A stretch of 64,000 bases of DNA from a virus: IMG/VR virus record IMGVR_UViG_3300027963_000043, positions 1-64,000 of that record. The stretch is one strand, 5' to 3'. The notes below the pieces were generated by a model. That model was not told the DNA's origin. It made no database searches and saw only the letters and a list, made by a program, of their open reading frames with translations. A program made the position numbers and the translations under genes. Below, piece by piece: positions 56,162 through 64,000 of this stretch. The first letter of the stretch is position 1. Every line of letters starts with the position of its first letter.

Positions 56162-59100
56162 TTAGTATAAATTTCTACCAGAAGATATTACAGAAAATAC
56201 ATTAGCTTGAGTAGCAAAATTTATTGTTGCATCTGTTGGCGTTGAAAGTTCTCCTATTTTATTAACTGCATAGGCTCTAAAATAGTAATTTCCTATTCCA
56301 GTTGGAGTAACAAAAGGATGTATGAATCCAACTGAATAATCTATAGTGGATTTTATATTTTGAGAAGATAAAGTATCGATTAAATAACTCTCTTCTGGAG
56401 CTGTACTTGTAAATGTATTGAGATATTTTAAATATATTTTATAATAATCTGAACTTTTGGCAGAGGAGCTAGGTTGAACATTATACATTATACTATTAAT
56501 GCCTCCTTGATTAGTAGAATACGGAGTTGATCCAGCTGCACCCACTAAATATGCTCCAGGATCTGTTACATTATCTGGAGCTCTATAAAGAGTTGATAAA
56601 CTTAATGTTGGAGATGAAGGTGGAGTAGATCTAGAATACGAATCTGGTAAAGAAATTTTCATTTTATCTATATCATCATATTTATTAGGATTATATTGTA
56701 GACCATTAATTTTAAAAATATTTGAATCTGTTTCTGATATACTAATGATTCTATATAATGTAGGTTTATTTAAATACGACTCTAGATAATATCCAGGATA
56801 TTTATTTGCAAGTGGATTATTTATTTTTGATTGAGTATTAACTCCTGCTTCTAAATATCCAGTAGTGCTTACGTCGATGCTCCAAATTGCATTTTTAGGT
56901 AATGGGCTTAAATTATCATTCAAGGGAAAAGTTCCATAATTAGCATTTATTGATGCTCCATTACTATAGAAAGATGAATCAAAATAAAAATATTGATTTT
57001 TATTTTTTACAGGAGTAGCTCTCATAATAACGTTATCTTTTAAATAAGTTATCCATTCTCCATCATAATTAATTCTTAATTTTGTTGAAGTAGTATAACT
57101 TCCCAAGTTAGTTATAATTTGCGCATTACTTTCCCAAATTTGAAGTGTACCATTATTTACAAAATACCAAGCATAATCTAAACTAGTATAACTTTCATCT
57201 GTTGTTTGATCAGTATTTAAACCAAACATAACGTATTTGTCTGTAAAGTTTGAAGTCGCTTCAGCAAACATATTTTTACTATATGCTAACGAAGAATAAG
57301 CGTGTTTGTTCCAACCATCGGCTACAGTTTTTGTAAATACGTTTCCTACTCTCGTCATACCTACCGAGCTTATATTTTCAGGAATATTAGTTATATATGG
57401 AAAATTGATTCTTATATTGTTGCTATATATTCCAGATCCACTTGTTAAATAATTTTTAGGATTATCTATAGTAACATATTGTAATTGACTTTTTCTGAGG
57501 AATGAGCTATTTAGTCCAGAAACTCCAGAAGATATTGCGCTATAACCAGTGGCATAAAGATCTCCTAATTGTGTTCCAAAATTAAAATTATAAGTTGGAG
57601 TTAATACATTAAATACAAGTGAATTATTAACATTTGCTCCTGTAATTGGATATGTATTTTCATAATTATAAGGTAAATCTAATATTGCGTATCCAGTAGT
57701 TAATTCTAACGTTCTTCCTGCATAAGCAAGACTTCTTCTATTTTGATCATATACAGATATAACGTCTCCAGGTTTTAAAAAGTTTCCTTCTATTCCAGCA
57801 TCAAATTCAATAATTTCTGTTTCAAAATTTTCTGTAGTGATAAGCCATTTACCAAGTCTTCTTGCTTGATTTTTACTTGTACATCCGAAAGCGGAAATTT
57901 CTGTTTCTCTAATTCCATATTTCATAAGAGCATCTTTTTGCTCTACAACTTCAATAGCTGGTTTGTAATTATCTTTCATATCATTGTATCTAACGATTGC
58001 TACTGTTTTTCTTGATTTTTTGGAAGAATCTGAATAGTTAAAATTTCCGTTTAATATATTACTATTATTGAATGAGTAAATTGGATCTTTTTTTGAATCT
58101 TGAGCAACACTAATTTGTCCAGCAGAATAATATAATATTCCTCTAAAAATACTAGCCATGTCATTTAAAACTTTATAAGCTTCTTGCTTAGTAGTTATAT
58201 ATACGTTACAAGAAAATCTTGGCTCTAAACCTCCGCTGCCATCATCAACTAATTCATCACAATATTGACCAATTTCATATAAAGTCCATTTATCTATTAA
58301 ATCTGAATTTATATATCTTCCTATACCAAAACGATTATTTGATATTAAATCATAAAAGCACCAAGCTGGATTATCAGTCCAAGCTATTTTGAATTTCCCA
58401 TTCCAAGGGCCAGAGTAATTTTTTGTAATTGGATCATAATTTACTGGAACTTTTACTTTTAATAATCTAACTTTATAACTTCTTGATGGCACACTAGAGA
58501 AATATCTTGCGTCAAATTTAGAATATATTAAAGCAGAATCTGGATAAACGAATCTATCGCTATAAACTTCTGTTATAGAATCTACTGTAGCTGAAGTACT
58601 AAATCCTGGACCAATACTTTCTTTAACTTCTTTAACAACATCTACAGCCCATCCTATTTGATTTGGAAGAATTTCGAATGATGGTGAATTTTCCGCATAA
58701 GGTCTTATAGCAAATTCATAAGTAAAAACAACTGGACTATTAGCTACTTTTCCAAATATAGAAACTTGATCTTTTGAATAAAAATCTTTTGTATAGGGAC
58801 TGTATTTAGAAGTATTTAATAGATCAACTTGTCCATCTTTAAATACTCTATATAAATAAAATCTAATATTGAAATTCTGTTTTTCTACATCTCCAGCGTT
58901 AATCCCAGTTAGAATGTTTTCATATAATCCATTTATTTTAATATTTATTTTAATTGAAGAAATATCAGTATTGTATACATAATATGTTTTAGGATTTAAT
59001 ATATATTTTGAACCAGAAACGAGATAATAGCCATATAGATTATCTCCTTTTTGAGATGTCAGACATGTTTGTAATGGATACTTATTTCGATCAACTTGTC

Positions 59101-59854
59101 TTCCAAAATAATCTCTTCTTTCTTCGTAAAGATTTAAATATGGATTATAAATTGTATGCTCATTTCCTTTATCTCCATAGGTATATTTATAATCTGTAAA
59201 TTGAAAATTATAATAACCTGCAAAATCTACTATTGGAACATCATCCCAATATATAGATCTCGCTTCTCTTGGAGCATTATCAATTGAGTATGGACTAAAA
59301 GAAGCGCTAGAATATCCAATATCTCCAGTAGTTTTAGTATCAAAAGTATAAGTATAAATTCCAGATACTAATCCTTCTATAGGGCCTTCAGAAATTAAAT
59401 CTAATACTCCTAATTGTGATACAGTATTAAAAGCTCTAGTATTTTTAAATCTTTCTGTTAAAAAAGTTCCATTATCTTGTCTAGTTGATCCTATTTCAAC
59501 GTTATTATCATGACTTACGCCATAAATTATTCTTAAATTGGGAGTTTCAGGAAACGCAAGATATGGTACTTGAGAATTAAAAGTTTGGTATGTCGCTCCA
59601 GTCATCATTGCCAATGGAGTGTATCTAGCTAAAAATCCACTTGGTCCTCTGTAAAATCCTCTAAGTGGCTGTCCAGCAGTAATTGTAGAATCAGGAAGTC
59701 TACTTCCACTAAAAGATAAAGATAAATTTCCAGCACCTCCACCATCATCTTGAGCAGTGCTTTCTGGAAAATTATATCCTGCTGCACCAAAACCAATATT
59801 TCCAGGAAATAAAATATAACTCAAACCATCTGCATATTTATTACTATTTCCCAT
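56162..59854 (-). CDS. Tail tip / host-specificity protein (lambda gpJ-like)
   Basis: GVLDLISEGPIEGL, YPDSAL, W.G.FK.AWTDNPAWCFYDL, IDKWTLY.I.QYCDE.V.DG.GG.EPRF.CN, GCTSKNQARRLGKW. Confidence 0.92.
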   Translation of the reverse strand: MGNSNKYADGLSYILFPGNIGFGAAGYNFPESTAQDDGGGAGNLSLSFSGSRLPDSTITAGQPLRGFYRGPSGFLARYTPLAMMTGATYQTFNSQVPYLAFPETPNLRIIYGVSHDNNVEIGSTRQDNGTFLTERFKNTRAFNTVSQLGVLDLISEGPIEGLVSGIYTYTFDTKTTGDIGYSSASFSPYSIDNAPREARSIYWDDVPIVDFAGYYNFQFTDYKYTYGDKGNEHTIYNPYLNLYEERRDYFGRQVDRNKYPLQTCLTSQKGDNLYGYYLVSGSKYILNPKTYYVYNTDISSIKINIKINGLYENILTGINAGDVEKQNFNIRFYLYRVFKDGQVDLLNTSKYSPYTKDFYSKDQVSIFGKVANSPVVFTYEFAIRPYAENSPSFEILPNQIGWAVDVVKEVKESIGPGFSTSATVDSITEVYSDRFVYPDSALIYSKFDARYFSSVPSRSYKVRLLKVKVPVNYDPITKNYSGPWNGKFKIAWTDNPAWCFYDLISNNRFGIGRYINSDLIDKWTLYEIGQYCDELVDDGSGGLEPRFSCNVYITTKQEAYKVLNDMASIFRGILYYSAGQISVAQDSKKDPIYSFNNSNILNGNFNYSDSSKKSRKTVAIVRYNDMKDNYKPAIEVVEQKDALMKYGIRETEISAFGCTSKNQARRLGKWLITTENFETEIIEFDAGIEGNFLKPGDVISVYDQNRRSLAYAGRTLELTTGYAILDLPYNYENTYPITGANVNNSLVFNVLTPTYNFNFGTQLGDLYATGYSAISSGVSGLNSSFLRKSQLQYVTIDNPKNYLTSGSGIYSNNIRINFPYITNIPENISSVGMTRVGNVFTKTVADGWNKHAYSSLAYSKNMFAEATSNFTDKYVMFGLNTDQTTDESYTSLDYAWYFVNNGTLQIWESNAQIITNLGSYTTSTKLRINYDGEWITYLKDNVIMRATPVKNKNQYFYFDSSFYSNGASINANYGTFPLNDNLSPLPKNAIWSIDVSTTGYLEAGVNTQSKINNPLANKYPGYYLESYLNKPTLYRIISISETDSNIFKINGLQYNPNKYDDIDKMKISLPDSYSRSTPPSSPTLSLSTLYRAPDNVTDPGAYLVGAAGSTPYSTNQGGINSIMYNVQPSSSAKSSDYYKIYLKYLNTFTSTAPEESYLIDTLSSQNIKSTIDYSVGFIHPFVTPTGIGNYYFRAYAVNKIGELSTPTDATINFATQANVFSVISSGRNLY

Positions 59855-59858
59855 AAAA

Positions 59859-60650
59859 TTAAAATGGTAAAGATTTCATACTCTCTTGATTTATTAAATA
59901 ACATCTAGAGTTAAAAAGATATTGATCTGATCCTTCATATTTTTGTTGTAAATTTGAGTCATAATAATCACTTTTATAAACTCTATACAAGTAATCATAA
60001 TTTGCAAAAACATTATTTCCACCAATTACAAGTTCTCCATATCCTACTGGCACGGGACCACCTTCACCAACTGTATTTACTGGTCCATTAAAAAGATAAG
60101 ATGTTGGTCCTCCAGATTCTCCTCCTCCGTCAATTGGATTAGCTTGTTGAGCTGTAAATGGAACATTTGGTGGTGGTTTGGATAATAACTGACTTACTCC
60201 AGCAGCAATTAATCCTATTCCAGCTAATCCTATTCCAATTGCTAAAGGTATAAGTGGAGGATATAATACTCCAAGAACTACTGCTGCGCCAACCGTAGCA
60301 CTACCAGCTGCAACTTTAAAATATGGATTATTGAAAAGATCGCTAAAAAAATCATTTCCAGTGATTTTGGGAATAATATCAATTTTTTCAATTTTACCCG
60401 ATACATCTAAATAAAATTCAGAATTACTTAATTCTTCTAGACTATCAAATGTATTTTTTTCAGTAAATAATTTATTATTATCAATTAAAAACTCAAATTC
60501 ATATTCATTCAAATTACTTAAAAGCCACTTTCTTAATTTTTTGGTATTAGCTTCTATAGCTCTTAAAGCTTCTGAGAGATTTGAGACTTCTAGTTCCCAA
60601 GATTCTCCTATATCTTGTCCTAATTTTCCATGTAAATTTACTTTTATCAT
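59859..60650 (-). CDS. Tail assembly protein (lambda gpI-like)
   Basis: V.LHGKLG...EALRAI ubiquitin-like N-terminus; FNGPVNTVGEGGPVPVGYGELVIG. Confidence 0.85.
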   Translation of the reverse strand: MIKVNLHGKLGQDIGESWELEVSNLSEALRAIEANTKKLRKWLLSNLNEYEFEFLIDNNKLFTEKNTFDSLEELSNSEFYLDVSGKIEKIDIIPKITGNDFFSDLFNNPYFKVAAGSATVGAAVVLGVLYPPLIPLAIGIGLAGIGLIAAGVSQLLSKPPPNVPFTAQQANPIDGGGESGGPTSYLFNGPVNTVGEGGPVPVGYGELVIGGNNVFANYDYLYRVYKSDYYDSNLQQKYEGSDQYLFNSRCYLINQESMKSLPF

Positions 60651-61390
60651 ACTATTTTCCTATATACACTTTCTGTGTGTTTTTTATAAATATTTGAGTA
60701 TTCATCTATCCTAGAAACAGAATTAATTGGTTGATGTAAAATTTTTTCATCTCCAATATATAAGGCAAAATGTTTTAAAGAATGAAGTTTAATAATTAAA
60801 ACATCATAAATATTTAAATTTTTTTCATTTTTTAACATTTTAAATCCCATTTTTTCCCAAATATTTACAGATAAATTTTCTTCAATAAGTTCTTGTGCGG
60901 TTGTTAAGCATTTATAGTCTTTTTTAATAAAAAGACTCATATTTGTATTAAATTCTTTTTCAAAAAACTCTTTTATTAAAGTAAAGCAATCATATTTTCC
61001 TATTTCAAATGATCTTCCAATATAATTATCTAAATTAATTTTTTTAGATGGATCATAAATTTTAAAAACATCTTTATATGTAGAATATAAAATAATTGGT
61101 ACTCCTAACATTTCTGCGCATTTTATATCTAAATTAGAAAAATCATCATTATCTAAAATAGCATTATGAGAATGATAAATATAACTAATTTTATCTGAAT
61201 CATTTTTAATACTTAAATAAATTGCAGGAGAAATTTCAAAATTATGTTTAGGATTTAAAGATATATTTTTACATTTTTGTGCAAAAAGAATTTTATTTTT
61301 TTGATAAACTACTCCACATGCCTCTCTTTCTTTTTGTTTTTCTTGATGAGCATGTAATCTGATATAATTTTTTATATATTCATTTATCAT
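60647..61390 (-). CDS. Tail assembly protein (lambda gpK-like; JAB/MPN + NlpC/P60)
   Basis: EACG, YHSH...FSNLD (JAMM); GKYDCFTLIK, HFALYIG...ILHQ (NlpC/P60). Start re-called to ATG 61390. Confidence 0.88.
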   Translation of the reverse strand: MINEYIKNYIRLHAHQEKQKEREACGVVYQKNKILFAQKCKNISLNPKHNFEISPAIYLSIKNDSDKISYIYHSHNAILDNDDFSNLDIKCAEMLGVPIILYSTYKDVFKIYDPSKKINLDNYIGRSFEIGKYDCFTLIKEFFEKEFNTNMSLFIKKDYKCLTTAQELIEENLSVNIWEKMGFKMLKNEKNLNIYDVLIIKLHSLKHFALYIGDEKILHQPINSVSRIDEYSNIYKKHTESVYRKIV

Positions 61391-61391
61391 A

Positions 61392-62774
61392 TTATAAATT
61401 TGGTTGATTTGTGCCAGGAAATCCTCCGAATGGTAAAAATCCATTTAAATAATTTCCATCTTTATCTTTTGGAAGTCCATGAGAATTTAGACCAGTTGGA
61501 TTCTCGCAACCAGGTCTTCTTGGAAAATTTTCTGGTGTTACAATACCACTAGAAACGAGACTATTTCTTTCTGCTTGAGTTAAAAGATTTCTAAATCTAT
61601 CACAAGTTTTTATAAAATCTTCCCCATTTCTATTTGTAGGCCAAATTACAGGTCTAAAAGATGGATTTTTAAGCCATCTTAATCTACAAGCTGTAATTGA
61701 TTTTTCGCAAGTATCAGAAAGCCAATAATTTTTAGTTGGAGGAGCATTAAAAAAATTTGATTTATGATTATTTATACAAACATAATAATATTTAATATTT
61801 TTATTTTGTAAAAATACAAAATCTCCAGAAACATAATCTGCTGAATCGACCCATGAACCAGAATCACCAAGTTTTGCATTAGAATCTACTTGATAACCTG
61901 CCCCAGTTATTCTATGAGAAGCTGCACTAAGATTTTTAAAAATGTCTCCTACAAATAATTCATTATTTTCTGTAGCAACTGGTGGAGCAGTTTTTAATCC
62001 ATAAATTTGTACAGATGGATTTACTGTATTCGCATATATACCACTATGAACAGCTGTAAGCCTACTATTATATTCATAAACGCATCCTTCTCCTCTATAT
62101 TGGAACGGACATTTTGTTGAAAAAATTGTTCTTGATGGTAATACTAAATTTTCTAAATCTAATATTGTAGCTAATTGATATTGTACTGTATTTTTATTTT
62201 CTGCAATTTTTCTATCAATATAATAAATATCTCTTGGTAATTCTATATCATAAATTGATCCATTTGGATTATATGGATTTAATCCTGCGCTAAAATTATT
62301 GTGATTTAAATATTTTAAAAAAGTTTTAATTCTTGTGAATTTTGCTCCAACAATATCTCCAAGGGATTCAATTTGCATTCTAATATATTTATAAAAAGAA
62401 TTATTAGATTTATCTGGAGAAATATTACTTATTGAAAAAGTTGGAGTTGGTTGAGTACCCGCACTCGAAAGCTCAAAACCTTCAGAAAATATTGGAAATG
62501 GATAGTAAAAATTATTTTGAAATTTTAATTGTCCATATTGATATTGACTATTAATGATATTAAATAAATTATAATCATTGTAAACTCTAAATATACCATT
62601 ATTAATTGGTTGATCGGTGTTATTATTATTATAATTTTTCGTTTGAGGAGCTATTTCTGATAAATCAATTTCATATAAAATAATTTGTGCGGATGGTGTT
62701 AATGAAGATATTTCTGAGTTTATCAGAGTACTTCCGCTTATAATTGCATTAAATGTTTCTAGTGATGTTGGCAT
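61392..62774 (-). CDS. Minor tail protein (lambda gpL-like)
   Basis: CPFQYRGEGC, DTCEKSITACRLRW and LPFGGFPG. Start re-called to ATG 62774 (MPTSL). Confidence 0.88.
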   Translation of the reverse strand: MPTSLETFNAIISGSTLINSEISSLTPSAQIILYEIDLSEIAPQTKNYNNNNTDQPINNGIFRVYNDYNLFNIINSQYQYGQLKFQNNFYYPFPIFSEGFELSSAGTQPTPTFSISNISPDKSNNSFYKYIRMQIESLGDIVGAKFTRIKTFLKYLNHNNFSAGLNPYNPNGSIYDIELPRDIYYIDRKIAENKNTVQYQLATILDLENLVLPSRTIFSTKCPFQYRGEGCVYEYNSRLTAVHSGIYANTVNPSVQIYGLKTAPPVATENNELFVGDIFKNLSAASHRITGAGYQVDSNAKLGDSGSWVDSADYVSGDFVFLQNKNIKYYYVCINNHKSNFFNAPPTKNYWLSDTCEKSITACRLRWLKNPSFRPVIWPTNRNGEDFIKTCDRFRNLLTQAERNSLVSSGIVTPENFPRRPGCENPTGLNSHGLPKDKDGNYLNGFLPFGGFPGTNQPNL

Positions 62775-62775
62775 A

Positions 62776-63318
62776 TTACTGTGGAACCTCGATGAATTCC
62801 GCTTTAATAGAATAATTATTATAAGAAACAAAAGATGCGTCCCACTGCAAGCAAATAAATAATGTATTTAAACTAGATGCAGATTTTGCATATACTGTGG
62901 GAAGATTGTATATAAAACTCTCAAGAGAATTTCTTGCTCTTAAAAAATGCAATATAGAAACAGTTTCTTTTTCAGATCTATTATCAAATATTAAAGATAA
63001 GTTAATAAGATTATTATTCAATCCAGAAGAAATTCTTTGTTGATAACCATTACCAAAAGCGTTAATTGTTATTTTAGGAGAATTGTTAACAGCAGAACTA
63101 TATGAAGGTTTCCAGAAAAAATTTGGATATAATACTCCATTTAAAAGAATATATCCATCCCATTCAACTTGGAGATTAGAGGTGGTAACTGGATCTTGAT
63201 TTAAATTTGAATCAATGATTGAATAGTAATATTTACTATTACTACCAAGTACTATATCGTACTTATTATAAGTAGGTGCTCCGTTCCAGCTTGAAACTGT
63301 ATCGTAAATACTAGCCAT
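62776..63318 (-). CDS. Minor tail protein (lambda gpM-like) with N-terminal extension
   Basis: FGNGYQQRI..GLNN...L.F pattern; first gene of the M-L-K-I-J series. Confidence 0.8.
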   Translation of the reverse strand: MASIYDTVSSWNGAPTYNKYDIVLGSNSKYYYSIIDSNLNQDPVTTSNLQVEWDGYILLNGVLYPNFFWKPSYSSAVNNSPKITINAFGNGYQQRISSGLNNNLINLSLIFDNRSEKETVSILHFLRARNSLESFIYNLPTVYAKSASSLNTLFICLQWDASFVSYNNYSIKAEFIEVPQ

Positions 63319-63339
63319 ATACCTTTTACCTCCTATATT

Positions 63340-63360
63340 TTACACTTAAAAGAGGTGTAA
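63340..63360. promoter_or_regulatory. Divergent back-to-back GTGTAA motifs
   Basis: TTACAC-TTAAAAGAG-GTGTAA, serving 63318(-) and 63370(+). Confidence 0.75.
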
Positions 63361-63369
63361 TTATAGTTA

Positions 63370-64000
63370 ATGTTTAATGTATATACTATAGAAAATCAGA
63401 ACTTTTATCTAAATGATTCCTTGGTATCTGGAATTAAAAGTTTTAATGTTGGAGTTGATCTTAAAATATCTCCTCAAATATCTATCAATGATTCAATTAA
63501 TTATACAAAAGATGGTTTGCCAATTGCTCAATTTGACTTATCTTACGTATTAAGTGATAGTGATAGATTTTTGCAATATACAGGAATTAATTCATTCTCT
63601 GGCAAAGTTGAATATGGAGATAAATATGTAACATTTACAGATGGATATTTGACTAATTATTCTTTAAATTATAGATTAGGAGAATATCCAATTGTTGATA
63701 TAAAAGGAGTTATTTTTAATTGGCCAGCTTCTCAAATATCATTTACCCCAAAACCAGTAAATTTAAATACATTTAATGTCGGAGATCCATGCTTTATTGA
63801 TACAAATATAGGAATTTTTAATGAAAATAGAGTACAGTCTTTCGTAACTAATATTGATATCAACCGTATTCCTAATTATACTATTGGTAATTATTCACCA
63901 GATACTGTATACATTCAATACCCAATAAAACAAGAACTTTCATTTGATACTAGCGCAAGCGATACTGTATTTGTAACAAATCTTCGTAATTTACCAAATT
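63370..64000 (+). CDS. Partial tail-tube-like protein (third paralog)
   Basis: ATG 9 nt after GTGTAA, open to the window end (MFNVYTIENQ...). YLTNYSLNYRLGEYPIV and VQSFVTNIDINRIP align with motifs in 25505 and 44906. Not in the ORF track. Confidence 0.7.
   Translation, partial: MFNVYTIENQNFYLNDSLVSGIKSFNVGVDLKISPQISINDSINYTKDGLPIAQFDLSYVLSDSDRFLQYTGINSFSGKVEYGDKYVTFTDGYLTNYSLNYRLGEYPIVDIKGVIFNWPASQISFTPKPVNLNTFNVGDPCFIDTNIGIFNENRVQSFVTNIDINRIPNYTIGNYSPDTVYIQYPIKQELSFDTSASDTVFVTNLRNLPN

Larger units (their letters stand above)
2743..63360. promoter_or_regulatory. Dispersed GTGTAA(T) putative phage late-promoter motif (23 intergenic copies found)
   Basis: Plus strand starts at 3675, 4171, 5151, 5912, 6227, 14119, 15320, 21800, 23789, 25477, 26731, 33502, 36025, 36971, 37831, 42420, 44875, 46118, 48464, 63355. 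Minus strand at 2743-2748, 14486-14491, 63340-63345. Fourteen copies lie 6-10 nt before an ATG. Confidence 0.8.

Noticed and set aside
1-64000. Stop-codon reassignment, tRNA/rRNA genes, introns or inteins
   Set aside because: Genes are full length and densely packed under the standard code. No cloverleaf or rRNA-like segment was recognised, and TerL, capsid and PhoH show no obvious insertions.

Overview
The whole window reads as a segment of a large, AT-rich tailed dsDNA bacteriophage with a siphovirus-type tail (lambda-like M-L-K-I-J tip, no sheath gene seen). It is not a bacterial chromosome. (i) 1-1760: a noticeably GC-richer leftward module of small genes and a SleB-type wall hydrolase, driven by sigma70-like promoters and decorated with a repeated 27-bp dyad motif. 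(ii) About 1760-2060: a non-coding junction. (iii) 2062-16761: an accessory region with two GT2 glycosyltransferases, PhoH, papain-like proteins, a ferritin-like fusion and an LpxH-like phosphoesterase. It also holds a host-type cell-surface cassette (two PEP-CTERM proteins, a prepilin/H-X9-DG protein, small membrane proteins and a FecR-domain protein), which points to a PVC-superphylum host, probably Verrucomicrobia. (iv) 16790-23750: Zn-ribbon protein, phage sigma-70-family factor, ERCC4 nuclease, terminase and portal. (v) 23804-54736: fibres, lysis cassette, protease/scaffold, capsid, neck, tail tube, chaperones and a 2080-aa tape measure. (vi) 54738-63318: the tail-tip module, inverted onto the minus strand. 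A GTGTAA(T) motif precedes at least 23 late-type genes, mostly 8-10 nt before the ATG, and is the candidate promoter of the phage sigma factor. No tRNA, rRNA, CRISPR, integrase or reverse transcriptase was seen. All product calls come from motif recognition by eye; no database searches were run.
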